In this document: one piece after another, positions 36,895-50,923 of the stretch
Position numbering within the stretch: the first letter of the stretch is position 1
Layout: each line of letters begins with the position of its first letter
Source of the DNA: Octopus vulgaris
Taxonomy: Eukaryota
Assembly (NCBI GenBank): GCA_951406725.2
Contig: OX597822.1
Span: 24,118,001 to 24,182,000, forward strand
DNA: 64,000 nt
Direction: 5' to 3'
Notes under the pieces: model-generated
What the model saw: only the letters and a program-made list of their open reading frames with translations
Database searches by the model: none
Told to the model about the DNA's origin: nothing
Position numbers and translations under genes: made by a program

Positions 36895-37280
36895 TGAGTG
36901 GTATTAGGGCCACAACCTGGCAGACGGGGCTCTGGTGAAAATCCTCGGAGTGTCTGCTTCGGTAACCAGTGGCTCCTTGGTCATTCTGTCCCTGAGTCTG
37001 CAGACAATCTGTGGCAAACAGGATGTCTCTACATGTGGGATTGTTGGGGACCTCTTGTGAAATCCATATATTCCCACAAAACTTCTTCCGGAGGACCTCT
37101 CCGTGCTCTCGGGACCGCAGGTGGTTGGCCTGCGCTGATTGAACCGTGACTGGTTCGCTATCTCCAGTGAATTGGCACAGGACCGTCGTGCGTGGGCTGC
37201 CATGGTTCGAGATGCCTCGAGGGTGATAGAAGAAGCCGACTCAACCCGCCTGGTGTGAATGTCGCCACAAGTACAAGTAT
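36895..37280 (+). mobile_element. Degenerate RTE-like LINE 3' end
   Basis: [16 protein letters not shown] peptide and CAAGTACAAGTA tail. Confidence 0.55.
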
Positions 37281-37332
37281 AGTGAATGATGAAAGAAAAC
37301 AAATACTCATCAAACTGAATGAAATGACTCAC

Positions 37333-37500
37333 CTTACTCAATCCATTGAAAATGTCATTGAAGTATGGTAACACAGAACCTCTACAGACTTTGACGATAT
37401 TATACAGAGCCTCACAGGCATAGTAACGGACACCACTGTCTTGATCATGGAAACAAGCCAGCACCGGTTTTACAAGTCCACTGACGTATTTATCAGATTC
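37333..37500 (-). CDS. VAC14: VAC14 coding exon 3 ([38 protein letters not shown]...GLSK)
   Basis: CAG acceptor, GTGAGT donor, 168 nt. Contains the diagnostic [14 protein letters not shown]. Confidence 0.97.
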
Positions 37501-37846
37501 CTGGGAAAAGAAAGCCAAAAAAAGGAATTAATGGAAAAGAATCAGGTAACGCATGAAAATATTTCGAGAATTACCTAAATTATAAAAAGAACAGGTAATG
37601 CAAAATATATGTCGACTAAACATAATCAATGCATGAGCTTCGCTTGTTTGCTGGTAGGCTGCAGTTTAGCACAGTGGGGATGACTCCCTCAAAGTGCCAG
37701 GTGCTGAAACACCTGAAAGTCATAGACTTTGGGGGAGTCATCTCTACCATGCTAAACCGCAGTGAACTGGTGAACAAGCAAAACACATACAATGAGTATG
37801 TGCAGTCAATAATGTTTGTAACACTAGCACTGCTTCTCATTCGTGT

Positions 37847-37894
<48 letters not shown>

Positions 37895-38098
37895 CATATA
37901 TATATTTGATGAACCAACTTAGCGGCAGGAGGTGCAGATGAGGGCAGCTGCATCAAACTCTCTCATGCACCAAATGTCATTTGCTAAAAAGCATTCGTGA
38001 AGTAAAATCATGTAGCAACACCGAATGACGGTGCCCCAGCATGGCCACAGCTCGTGAGCTGAAACTAGATAAAATGAAATGAAAAAAATGAAAATGAA

Positions 38099-38129
<31 letters not shown>

Positions 38130-38138
38130 TATACATGT

Positions 38139-38428
38139 GGAGGCGCAATGGCTCAGTGGTTAGGGCAGTGGACTCGCGGTCATAGGATCGTGGTTTCGAT
38201 TTCCATTTATTGAGCGAAAACACCTAAAAGCACCATGAGGCTCTGGCATGGTGGCGATCCCTGCTGTACTCTTTCGCCACAACTTTCTCTCACTCTTTCT
38301 TCTGATGGTCTGCTCGCTTAGCCAGCGGGGTGGCGTCATTTGAAGGCTAAAACAATGCGATGCACATTGTGACCAGTGATGTGTACAAACATCTAATAGC
38401 CTGGTCAGTCACGGTGACCACGGTGATA
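38139..38428 (+). mobile_element. SINE family B copy
   Basis: Same head and tail as 574-866. Confidence 0.85.
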
Positions 38429-39729
38429 TATATACATACATATATATCCTCAGCATTCAATGTCCATTTTCCATGCTGGCATGGGTTGTATGGTTTGATA
38501 GGAGCTGACCAGCTGAAGCGCTTTTCAGGCTCTGTCTGTTCTGGCATGGTTTCTATGGCTGGATGCCTTCCTAATACGAACCACTTTAGAGAGTGTACTG
38601 GGTGCTTTTACGCAGCACCAGCATGGGTGCATTTTATGTGGCACCAACACCTATGCGTCCATAAGATTAGGGATGCTCTGCTGGAGAGGGTTGCAGGGAG
38701 GAGCCTCTATCAAGGACAACCACGCTTTTACTTAGCTGGACACATCTTTTCAAACGCAGCAAACCGCTAGGACCCTCAGTCCCCTGTCATCCCCTCTGTG
38801 AGTCCCAATGTCCTATGTCTTCCTGGGTCTACCCCTTCCACATGTTCCCTCTACAATACACACATACATACACATGTAAGTGAGTATATATAAGAAATTT
38901 CTAAAAATGGGTCTGTATACATCTGTGAAGGAAGAGAGGGCTGTACTACCTTTAAGTAAAACACACGAGAAGATTGCGATCGTGTTCTGAATACAAAGAA
39001 CAAATTAAATGTATCAGCGTTGCTATCAGTACAATAACCATCATCATCATTACCACCACCTTCATCATCATCAACACCACCACCATTATTACCATTTTAT
39101 GTTTGTCCTCCCGTCCCCCACCACCACCACCAAGCTGGAATGAGCTAAACATGTCTCATAGATTCTTGTCCACTTGTTGTCCACGCATGTCCTGAATCAG
39201 TCAGTACAGATCAGAAAAGAAATAACCAACCAACTCTATTGGTGTGTGTGTTTATTTTGTTATCTTTTATCTTTTATCTTTCACTTGTTTCAGCCATTTG
39301 ACTGCGGCCTTGAAGAGTGCCACTGCCATGCACACACGCACGCATGCATATATATGAGGAGACCTATTGAGTCAAGTACATCAACACCAACATCAAAATA
39401 AAAATCAAATGGACATTGTAGTTCTGATCCCTGTGCCGGTGGCACGTAAAAAGCACCATCCAAACATGGCTGATGTCAGCGCCGCCTGACTGGCGTCCTT
39501 GTCGGTGACATGTAAAAAGCACATACTGGCTCTGTGCCGATGGCACGTAAAAAGCACCCACTACACTCATGGAGTGGTTGGCGTTAGGAAGGGCATCCGG
39601 CTATAGAAACACTGCCAGATTAGACTGGAGCCTGGCGCAGCCTCCTGGCTTCTCAGAACCCGGTCAAACCGTCCAACCCATGCTAGCATGGAAAACAGAC
39701 GTTAAACGATGATAATCCTGTTGATGATG

Positions 39730-39773
<44 letters not shown>

Positions 39774-40147
39774 TTTCTGTCTACCAAATCTACTCACTAG
39801 GCTTTGGTCGGCCCTAAGCCATATCAGAAGACACTTGCCCAAAGAGCCATGGAGTGGGACTGAACCCAGAGCCATGTGGTTGGGAAGCAAACTTCTGCCA
39901 CGAGCATATATGTCATGAACTGATGAGGTAATTCATCACTGATTCTGTCAGGTACATGATGTTGACAAGCCACAAAAATAGTGAAACATTGATGTCCATC
40001 ACTCCTAGACAGGATTGAGGGTGAGTTAACTCACCTGTCCACGACTCTAAGGTGTTTTTTACATGCGACACTTTGAGAAAGTATTCTCCACCATGCCAAC
40101 AGCAGCCTACCAGCAAATACATTTAGCATGTGCATTAAGTTTATGTG

Positions 40148-40189
<42 letters not shown>

Positions 40190-40191
<2 letters not shown>

Positions 40192-40546
40192 CGCATGAGT
40201 GGCTGTGTGGTAAGTAGCCTGCTTACAAACCACATGGTTCCAGGTTCAGTCCCACTGTATGGCACCTTGGGCAAGTGTCTTCTACTACAACCTTGGGCCG
40301 ACCAAAGCCTTGTGAGTGGATTTGGTAGGCGGAAACTAAAAGAAGCCTGTCATATATATGTGTGTGGTGTGTTTGTGTGTCTATGTTTGTCCCCCCAACA
40401 TCGCTTGACAACCGATGCTGGTGTGTTTACGTCCCCGTAACTTAGCAGTTTGGCAAAAGAGACCGATAGAATAAGTACTAGGCTTACAAAGAATTAGTCC
40501 TGGGGTCGCAGTCAAATGACTGAAACAAGTAAAAGAGTAAAAGAGA
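40190..40546 (+). mobile_element. SINE family A copy
   Basis: Same family, with an internal deletion in the tail. Confidence 0.87.
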
Positions 40547-40934
40547 ATATATAATATGTATACATACATTGTGTGTGTGTGTGGTTGTGTGTGGTTGTGT
40601 GTGTGTGTGTGTGTGTGGTTGTGTGTGTGTGTGGATGTATGTGCATGTGTGTTTGTGTCTCCTAATTTTGACATCAGATGAGTGTACAGGCAGTATCCCT
40701 CATTTCCAATCGTTCATGTAAACATTTCTGGCCTTGATTGGAAACAGGTGTGGGTCAGCCACAGGAAGTGCATCCTGCAGCAGAAAATAAGCTTCGACAA
40801 ATTCCGTCTAATCCAAGCAGCCCATGGGAAAGTGGATGTTAAAACAATGATAATGATGATGACAATAATGTGGCAGGCATGAGAATTAATATTATCAGTT
40901 TATGCCTGAAGAAAAGACACAAAGAATATCTTAC

Positions 40935-41085
40935 CTTTCCAAGACCAATGGCAGTAGCTGCCAAGCCCATTAAACCACCTTTCCTCGTATTTAAATTATG
41001 TGAGACAGAAAAATCTTCACCAAGGACACGTAAGAGTTTTCGTATCTGAGCAGTGTTGTTTTGAGCCAAAAATTCTTTGACCATT
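40935..41085 (-). CDS. VAC14: VAC14 coding exon 2 (MVKEFLAQNNTAQIRK...RKGGLMGLAATAIGLGK)
   Basis: TTTAG acceptor, GTAAG donor, 151 nt. Frame joins exon 1. Contains the conserved RKGGLxGLAA motif. Confidence 0.96.
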
Positions 41086-41671
41086 CTAAAGAGGAAGAAG
41101 AAAAACAGAAAAAAAAATTAAGAATTAAAAACAATAATATTTAATAAAGTATTTCGTTTTTGGCTTTGGTTTGCAAGATTCTTTATATGAGTTCGTGTGT
41201 TGAAGCATATTCTGTTGTGTCTGGGGAGAGTCATTTTCTTTTTGTGCCTTACAATGTAACACACTCACTGGTAAAATTTCCAGTTATTTCATATTTTTAT
41301 TCTCCTAAAATTTTCATTGCGTCTTACAACCTTTTCAATAGTCTTAACTCTTAATAAAGTCATTTCTACAAATAAACCTTTATCAAGATGTTTGTAAAAA
41401 GAAAAGAAATTCTGTACTGGATCAGTTTCATTCACAAACATCATGGTTTTGTTTTTATTCGAACCAGAAAACACAATTTTATTAGCAACTTGCTTTTGTT
41501 TTTCAAAACTTAGCTTTATATTCTTTATCTTTATATCTGCACGAGTGTGGGTGTGTAGTAAGAAGCTTGCTTCCCAACCACATGGTTCAGGGTTCAGTCT
41601 CATTGAATGGCACCTTGGTCAAGTGTCTTCAAGTATAGTATTGGACAACCAAAACCTTTTCAGTGGATTTG

Positions 41672-41730
<59 letters not shown>

Positions 41731-43908
41731 GAGTCTCTAAATCAAACCATGGAATCAGCTAGTTAATATGATAGCACATTTTTACCTACCTACCTACCTA
41801 CCTACCTACCTACCTATCTCCCTACCTACCTACCTACCAAGCTACCTTTTCAGTCATGCAAAGGGAAGTAACTCAAAGGAGAAAACCAAAGAAAAGAAAG
41901 CAAGAGTAAAAAGGGAAAGGAAAAGAGATAATTGTAAATGTGGTGGTTTTGTGGTGACAAAGGTGATGATGTGTATTTGCTGTTTGTTTCTTGGTGGCAG
42001 TTGTGGCATAGTTGGTGTTGGTAGCCATGACAGTGATGGCTGTGGTAGCAGTGAAGATAATTGCATGCACTAAGGCACATGTGTTAAATTAAACACAATT
42101 AAATTGTGTGTCGTCAGCTCCCTACAACTTACGAAAACCACCACCACCACCACCACCACCACCACTATCACTACCACTTCCATCAACTAACATTGTTTCA
42201 ACATCTTCATCACAACAAACTAATACAATTCGGGGGGGGGGTATACATATGTTTATATGCTTGTGTCAATTGCATGGTGTTTCAATTGGTTCCTTATTCT
42301 CTCCTGACTTTTACCATCTGTCCTTCGTCATTGTTGTTATTACTTTCATCAACAAATCACTCGCTTTGTTTCATACCTTCAAAGTCATATAGAGTAAGAA
42401 ATCCCTTACATGAAAAACAAATAAAGGTTAGTTGTGAAAAGGGCATTCAACCTTAAATCAATGCTTCAATAATATATTCATCTAATTCATGCGAGCATGG
42501 AAAAATGAACATATTGGCACAGGCCTCACTGTGTGGTTAAGAGGCTTGCTTTGGAACCACATGGTTTGGGGTTCAATCCCACATGTGCTGCAGCTTGGGC
42601 ATGTGTGTTCTACTAACTTCCAGGTTGACCAATGCCATGCAAGTGAATTTGGTAGAGAGAAAGCCTATTGTGTGTGTGTTGCAGTGAAAATGGTACACCC
42701 TTTCCCATGTGACAAAGTGGTATGACACAGTCACTATAAGGTCAAACAGTCAGTCATTGCAGGAGTTTAGTAGTAGCAGAGTCATTGTACAAGTCCTCAG
42801 TTGGAGTCAGTGTCAGTTACACAATATATTCAAGTTTGAGTTACCATCAAGGTAGATGTTTCAAAGTCATTGTCTTGCAGAGCCATCAACGATAGGACGA
42901 TAGACAAGTCAAAGATGATAAGACACAGAATACCGCCACAACATATTAGTGGTGACAAGAACATACAAGTGTACGAGGATCCACATTATAACAGTAGTGA
43001 TGAGGATATAAACAATTTAGGCAAATAATGTTGAAAAAAATCTCTTTTTTTCACAAGAATATAAATGATTCACATGAACAACATACAAAGTAATTAAACA
43101 TAAACAATGAAATGGGTTATTTTCCTTGAGTGTTTAATAAAATATTGTACAGGTGCTATGGGTTATTTCCCTTGGGTGTTTAAAAACAAAATTAGTTATA
43201 TGAGGCAGATATAAAAGACCCGTCCAGGGGTTGTATTATCGATTTTTTTCAACAATCTAAGTATGTCACAAGGTTTCCAGACATGAGTTCTACTTACGTG
43301 TCAAGTTTCATCAAAATCAATAAAACGATGTAGGAGTTAGCTAACAACACCACAAACAAATACACACCAATTTTCCACATATGTAGTAGATATATATATA
43401 TACATGCTAGCATGGAAAGCGGACGTTAAACAATGATGATGATGATATATATATATATATATATAATACCATTGTAGAAGATGCAAATATCAGGAACAAA
43501 TGCCTAACAGAACTAAGAGAATTTTTGCTCAAACAAAAATACCCATCTCTACTTATAGAAAATGGCATACAGCGGGCTATAAAAATACCCATACAACAAC
43601 TTAGGACAACCCAAGGAAGAGGAAAACAAGAACAAGTCATATCATTCATTGTGACACACAACCCATGTCACCAGAATATATTCAACATTGCCAAAGCAAA
43701 CCTACCAATCATTGCTCAAAGTAATGAATTAAAAGATATAATCATGGATCGAGCTATGGTTCTTAGTAAAAGACAGCCTAAAAACTTGAAAAAATTACTA
43801 ACAAAGGCAAAATTTGACCTTAGCAACAAAGGCCAAACATTCACTGTATCTAAATGCAATGATAGCCGGTGTGGCACATGCCATTTCATACATACTGGCC
43901 AATATATA

Positions 43909-44131
43909 CTCTTTCTCTCTCTCTTTTACTCTTTTACTTGTTTCAGTCCTTTGACTGCAGCCATGCTGGAGCACCGCCTTTAGTCGAGCAAATCGACCCT
44001 GGGACTTATTCTTTGTAAGCCCAGTACTTATTCTATCGCTCTCTTTTGCTGAACCGCTAAGTGACGGGGACGTAAACACACCAGCATCGGCTGTCAAGCA
44101 ATGCTAGGGGGACAAACACAGACACACAAAC

Positions 44132-44174
<43 letters not shown>

Positions 44175-44337
44175 CGACAGGCTTCTTTCAGTTTCCGTCT
44201 ACCAAATCCACTCACAAGGAATTAGTCAGCCCGGGGCTATAGCAGAAGACACTTGCCCAAGATGCCACGCAGTGGGACTGAACCCGGAACCATGTAGTTG
44301 GTTAGCAAGCTACTTACCACACAGCCACTCCTGCGCC
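43909..44337 (-). mobile_element. SINE family A copy inserted into the Penelope-like ORF
   Basis: Full length. TATA on both flanks. Confidence 0.9.
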
Positions 44338-45124
44338 TATAAATACAAAAACTGGGAAAATATTCACAAACGCGAATATGAACTGCAAAATTTAGTTTAC
44401 TGCATCAAATGCCCAAATTGTGAAGAAATATATGTAGGTCAGACGAGAAATGCACTATCAGAACGCTCATGTGTACATCGACAACAGATTAGAGACCCAG
44501 AGATCCGTCAGATATCTTTGAGTAACCACCTAGCAACATGTGGTCGGAAAATATATATAATATTTCCATTCTACAAATTACACAGCTCAAGTGAAATTGA
44601 GAGAAAAATCAGAGAAAAGAATTTTATTGATAAATTCGAACCCAAGCTAAATAAACAATAATAATAATACTTAGAGGTACTACTTCTACTGCTACGACCA
44701 TGACCACTAACAACAACAACAATACTAAAGGTGATCAAGATGAAGATAGCAGGAAAATTATCTTATTTAGGGTTCTATTGCCACCACCATCACCACTAGC
44801 AACAATAATTAAGATGCTGACAATGATGATGATGATGACAATTGAAATATAAAAATCCCTGACAAAGGCTATTTACAACATTTCTAAAAATAGCCCAACA
44901 ATTGCTGCCTCAGCCAGGGTTAAGATACAGGACTCTTGACATGTTCAACAAAGCGTGAAACCAACCAATCAGCTTAAGTAATTGAGTGATGCTACACACT
45001 GATTGGTCAGAATACAGTTTGCAAAACCTAGCAATCTGGAGCCCACACAGGTGTATTTAAGGCACAGATTTAACTATCTCCCTACAGTCAAAAATTGTGA
45101 AGCATGACTGTCACCACTACTACA

Positions 45125-45169
45125 TGAACCTGAAGATTGCAGGATTTAATGCATGAAAGTACTAGTTCA
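45125..45169 (+). ncRNA. Minimal hammerhead motif in the 3' region of a Penelope-like element
   Basis: UGAAC-CUGAAGA-uUGCA ggauuuaa UGCAu-GAAA-GUAC-UA^GUUCA. U-U mismatch at the base of stem II. Confidence 0.75.
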
Positions 45170-45846
45170 ATCAGAATGAACATTTAACATTCTACTATTT
45201 TATTTTATTCTATTATATTATATTATCTTATATTATATCATTATAAGATTGTAAATAAAACGTGAAAATCAGACAAGGTTGGAATTCCTTTTATTAATAT
45301 ATATATATATGTATGTATATGTTTGTGTCTGTGTTTGTACCCCCACCATCACTTGACAACTGATGTTGGTGTGTTTACGTCCTCGTAACTTAGTAGTTTG
45401 GCAAAAAAGAGACTGATAGAATAAGTACAAGGCTTACAAAGAATAAGTCCTGGGGTCAATTTGTTTGACTAAAGGCAGTGCTCCAGCAATTGACTGGGAC
45501 AAGTAAAAGAATATATATATATATATATATATTATTCCATTACCACAAGACAGTAAGGGAGGAAAATACACAGTAAGGGTTTATAAAATAATTTGGATAG
45601 TACCATATCTATAGATTATTTTATAAATCTCGCTGTCTATTTTGTTCACAATCTTGTGGTAATGGAGTAAAAATCTAAGTAGTTCCTAGAGCATTTGGAA
45701 TCTACTTCTAGCAGACTGGCATTGTAATTATTCAATGCCTTTATTGTAATTTTAATATAAATTAACCATTATGGTATTCTAGTATGCTGGCCACTAATAA
45801 ATCATTTAATAATGACTTTATCCTAAATACGTGTGTGTGTGTGTGT

Positions 45847-45922
<76 letters not shown>

Positions 45923-45924
<2 letters not shown>

Positions 45925-46287
45925 AGGCATAATGGCCCAGTGGCTAGGACAGCAGACTCCCAGTCATAGGATCACGGTTTCGATTCCCAGACCGGGCGTT
46001 GTGAGTGTTTATTGAGTGAAAACACCTAAAGCGCCACAAGGCTCTGGCAGGGGGGGGGGGCAAACCCTGCTGTACTCTTTCACCTCAGCTTTCTCTCACT
46101 CTTTCTTCCTGTTTCTGTTGTACCTGTATTTCAAAGGGCCAGCCTTGTCACACTCAGTGTCATGCTGAATTTCCCCAAGAACTACGTTAAGGGTACACGT
46201 GTCTGTGGGGTGCTCAGCCACTTGCACGTTAATTTCACGAGCAGACTGTTCTGTTGATTGGATCAATTGGAACTGATGGAGTGCCAC
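45923..46287 (+). mobile_element. Chimeric SINE: family B head with a different tail
   Basis: B head to about 46110. The tail (GTATTTCAAAGGGCCAGCCTTGTC...CACTTGCACGTTAATTTCACGAGCAG) is shared with the SINE at 17930-18238. Confidence 0.8.
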
Positions 46288-46624
46288 AATAATCGTTTAA
46301 TGTCTATTTTTTATGCTGGCATGGGTTGGACAGTTATAAATATTTATATATATAGTGACAAATCTGATGTGAACAATTAATAACTACTTAACAGAGTCAG
46401 GTTCTGTCAATGGTAGAGAAACAAGAATTAAAAACTATACAAACCACAATACATGGAAATTCACAGAGTGAATAAAAATAGTAACAGTTTAAAATTCAGT
46501 AAGAGGATAAAATAAGGTTATGATATACTGTTTAGACAAACTGAAATGATATCTGTTCATGAATAACTTAAGAAAGAAAACGAAAGAATGTAAATTATCT
46601 GGCAATTAATATACATTTCCATAT

Positions 46625-46992
46625 ACTCTTTACTCTTTTACTTGCTTCAGTCATTTGACTGTGGCCATGCTGGAGCACCGCCTTTCAGTCGAGCAAATCG
46701 ACCCCAGGACTTATTCTTTGTCAGCCTAGTACTTATTCTATTGGTCTCTTTTGTCGAATCGCTAAGTTATGGTGACGTATACACACCAACATTGGTTGTC
46801 AAGTGATGTTGGGGGGACAAACACAGACACACAAACATACACATACATACACACACACAGACACACACACACACACATATATATATACATATATACGATG
46901 GGCTTCTTTCAGTTTCCGTCTACCAAATCCACTCACAAGGCTTTGGTTGGCCTGAGGCTATAGTAGAAGACACTTGCCCAAGGTGCCACACA
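46625..46992 (-). mobile_element. SINE family A copy, 5'-truncated
   Basis: Lacks most of the tRNA head. Confidence 0.85.
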
Positions 46993-47104
46993 TGACAAAA
47001 AAAATTAAATGAATAATAACTACTTCAACTAAAAATACTTTAAGATGGTGCCCCAGCATGGTCACAATCTAATGACTGAAACAAGTAAAAGATACATGTG
47101 TATA

Positions 47105-47800
47105 CATGTATATGAATGTGGGACTGAAAATAAATGAGATTAAGACAAAGTATCTGGTAGAGAACATTAAGAAGCCAGAGAAGATTATGGATGTTGACGG
47201 GAAGCCACTAGATTTGGTTGAGGACTTCCTGTATTTGGGAGCAAAGATTGGGAACACAGAGGGTGATGTAGTTGAGAGGAAGAGCAAAGCCTGGGTGGCA
47301 TGCCACAGTTTGAGATCTGTATGGAAGTTAGACCTTCATAAAGACCTGAAGATCCGTCTCTTTGTTGCTGTAGTGGAGTCTGTACGTCTGTGCTGTTGTA
47401 CGGGCCTGAGACTTGGACACTGACCAAGAAACTCACTCAGATGGTGGATGGGTACAACACGAGAATGCCGATGATGGCTCTGAACATATTAATCAGTTTA
47501 CACTGAGAATGAAGAACTCAGAGCTGTACAAGAGCCTCTCAATAGTTAGCTTGAACATAATACAGAGGAGACTGAGATTAGCTGGAAATCCTCACCATCA
47601 TTCAGAGTTGATACTGTACTCAGTGCTCTTGTGGGAGTCCCTACATGGACACACTAGAAGGGGAGACTGAGGATGATGTATGTTGGTGCCCTAAGGACAG
47701 ACACTGGTCTCTGGGAGATACAGGACATGGTACCAATGATGAGGGATAAGGACCACTAGAGAGAACTCATCCATGGATCTCGGGAATTTTACCCACCCTA
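47105..47800 (+). mobile_element. RTE-type LINE 3' fragment (frameshifted RT C-terminus)
   Basis: GLKINEIKTK, VEDFLYLG, LKIRLFVAVVESV, ETWTLT and RRLRLAG. Confidence 0.85.
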
Positions 47801-48617
47801 GATATATATATATTGTATACCATTGGTCGCTCTGTGACTAAATATTAACTTTATTACTTTAATGTGTGTGTTGTTGTTGTTAGAAATTTTAGTACATAGC
47901 AGAATATAAAGAATTTCATTGATACAGATTTTTAAAAATTGGGGGGGGGGGGGCTTTTTATCATTAAAATCCTTAAAAGAGCTCCAAAGTAGCAACGAAT
48001 ATAAGTATAATATATACTTAAATGTAAGTACAAGACAGAAACAGAACAATCAGAATAATGACACCAATCATTTTAAGTAGACTTTAAATGTTTTAAGTAG
48101 AGAGAGAGAGAGAAACAAAGGGAGGATGGAATTGGTTTAACAACATCCTGGATTGAAACTTAAAACTTATCTATAAAATAATTGATAAAATAGATGAACA
48201 TCTACATAAATGTTTGATAACATCAAAATGTAAGTGGGTTTTTTTTCTTTTTTATTATTACAGACAGAATGTATCTTTTGTTTCTGTGGCTGTATTTAAT
48301 GGAATTTCTATAATAACGTTATTGAAATATCAGGGAACTACATCAGAACATTGACCAGAAGGGATCCTGTTAACAACAACGTCATCATCATCATTATTTA
48401 ACGCCTGTTTTTCCAAGTTTGCATGAGTTAGATGAAGTTCACTTAAGACAGATTTTTCTACAGTCAACCCTCAGCTGTTTACAAGCACATTAAAAGTTGT
48501 TTTCTCATGGCCAGACAAATAATGCAAATGAAGACATGGCTTGTGCGACAGTGACACTCATTTACAACTATTACACAATTACAAGACAAGGAGACACAAA
48601 TATACACACTCACACGC

Positions 48618-48661
<44 letters not shown>

Positions 48662-48662
<1 letters not shown>

Positions 48663-49216
48663 ATCATAATTATCATCATCGTTTAATGTCTGTTTTCCAA
48701 GCTGGCATGGGTTGGACAGTTTGACTGACGTCTGGAGAGCCAGTGGCTGCTCCAGGCCCCAAGCTGATTTGGCAATGTTTCTACAGCTAGATGCCCTTTT
48801 TAACGTCAACCACTCCGAGAGTATAGTAGGTGCTTTTTACGTGCCACTGGCACAGGAGCCAGTCAGGCAGGCCTAGCATTGATCACATTCAGATAGTGTT
48901 TTTTATGTGTCACGGGGGCCAGTCAGGGGGTACTGGCATTGGCCACATGTGGATGGTGCTTTTTACATGCCATGGCACAGGAACCAGTCAGGGGGTACTG
49001 GCTTTTTACGTGCCACCAGCACAGGGGCCAGTCAAGCAGTCCTCGTGTCAATCATGTTCAGATAGTGCTTTTTACATGCCACCAGTACAAGAGCCAGTCA
49101 GGAGGTATTGGCATCAGACACTTCAGATGGTGCTTTTTATGTGCCACTGGCATGGGAGCCAGTCAGGGATCACTGGACACAGCTACAATATTGGTTTTAC
49201 TTCACTCAACAGGTCT

Positions 49217-49217
<1 letters not shown>
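48662..49217 (-). mobile_element. RTE 3' UTR-only copy with about 6 diverged minisatellite units
   Basis: Same core and GTGCTTTTTACGTGCCAC units. Confidence 0.8.
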
Positions 49218-49265
<48 letters not shown>

Positions 49266-49759
49266 TGTATAAAGAATTATACAGGACTTCTTACATGTAA
49301 GAAGTCCTGTCAAGGGCCTCCCTCTGTGTATAATTCTTTATACACTCTTATATAAAAATATGTTGTCTTATGACTTTTATGACGCATGCGAACCACTGGT
49401 AATAAATTATTCTAATTTTTTTACTCCCAATGTAACTACATGTGGATTGTTGGCAATTTTTTCCGCCATCTTCCTTTTTTCTTGGACTTTCCTCTGTCTC
49501 CTGTTTCTGAAGAAGAACTTTGTTTGAAACGTAAAACAACCTTTCTTTCCTTCCCTGAGCATCTGTTAATACTTTGTATGTACCACATCTTCACATTGCT
49601 GTTTTTCTTGTGGGCTTTGTTCTTCATTTTTTTATTTAATTTTATATATATATATATACAGTGTATATTTAAACATATAAGAGGTATCCATCATTGGATT
49701 CCTTTCACACTAGAAGGAACAGCTAAAGTCCAAACTACTATTAGGGATAAAAACTCAAA

Positions 49760-50188
49760 GGGAAAGAAAAATAAAAACATTTACCATCTATCTCCTGGAC
49801 CATGATTTCTGACTTTTTTTTAGCAAATAAAATAATTTGCTAGGCAAAGTCGTCATCAACAGGTACACATAGATTAAACATATAAGTACAAAGCAATCCA
49901 GCATGTGCCTCTTGCTTATACACTATAATTTTTCAAATCAATCGCGCAAGTGCAGTTTTTTGTCAGCAGCAAGATAATACTGGCATTTCTTCGAACAATT
50001 TTCCAGAAAAAAATTATCAATAATTAATAATATCAGGGTAATAAAGATTTTAGAAATTTTTATTACCTGTGGCCTAGCGTGTAGAAAACTTTAGTCAATA
50101 GACTATGTATTATTCATATAAATATTTGCTAAAAAAAGTCAGAAACCATGGTCCAGGAGATAGATGGTAAATGTTTTTACTTTTCCTT
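49760..50188. mobile_element. Fold-back element or MITE with about 65-bp terminal inverted repeats
   Basis: TAAAAACATTTACCATCTATCTCCTGGACCATG.TTTCTGACTTTTTTT.GCAAATA and its reverse complement. Confidence 0.75.
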
Positions 50189-50891
50189 CTCTTCGAAGGT
50201 CGTGCTTCACTACGACAGACTTCTTTAAGTTTCTGTTGACAAAATCCACTCACAAGGTTTTGGTCAACTTGGGACAATAGCACAAGACACTTACTAAAGG
50301 TGCCACACAGTGAAATCCAGACTCATATGGTTGAGAAGTGAACATTTTACTACACAGCCATGCTTGTACCTACATCCTCACCTGCTCCTAACACAGTAAT
50401 TATTAATTATTCATTGAATTCTTTAAATTGCTATTCAGTTAGCTATTTTCTATGAAACTTGATAAGAGGCTCATAGGAATGCATGTTGGTTTTCTTTGTA
50501 GTTTATCTAAGTTCTTCTTCATGGAGTTTTAGCTGGTCACAAAGTGACAAGACTTACTCTGTGTTAAGACAATTCCTGGGATTTGTAAAACATGTGATTG
50601 AGTTTGTGTGTGTATATATGTAGCTGTCTACATCTGCACATTTGTTCTGTGTGGATATGCTTCTTCAGTACTTAGGTGTGTGTGTGTGTGTGTGCATGTG
50701 TTTGTGTGTGTGTGTGTATGTGTGTGTGTGTGCATTCTTATTTATTACATATGTATCTTTGAAGATACACACAACTAAGTGTATGCATATACTCATTTAA
50801 AGAATGTCAAGCAGAAAATCTTTGGATTATGTCACAAATTTTTACTGTTTCACAAATAGATTGGATTTAGAGGATGCATGTCATTTTTGGA

Positions 50892-50923
<32 letters not shown>

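Larger units (their letters stand above)
43466..45297 (+). mobile_element. 5'-truncated Penelope-like retroelement (RT C-terminus, Cys linker, GIY-YIG endonuclease, 3' hammerhead), split by a SINE
   Basis: Peptides KRQPKNLKKLLTKAKF, KCNDSRCGTCHFI and LVYCIKCPNCEEIYVGQT...RKIREKNFIDKFEPKLN (stop at 44661). Flanked by TA microsatellites. Confidence 0.9.

Noticed and set aside
36904-37518. 204-aa ORF as a single coding unit
   Set aside because: Only 37333-37500 is VAC14 exon 3. The rest is intron and antisense LINE sequence.
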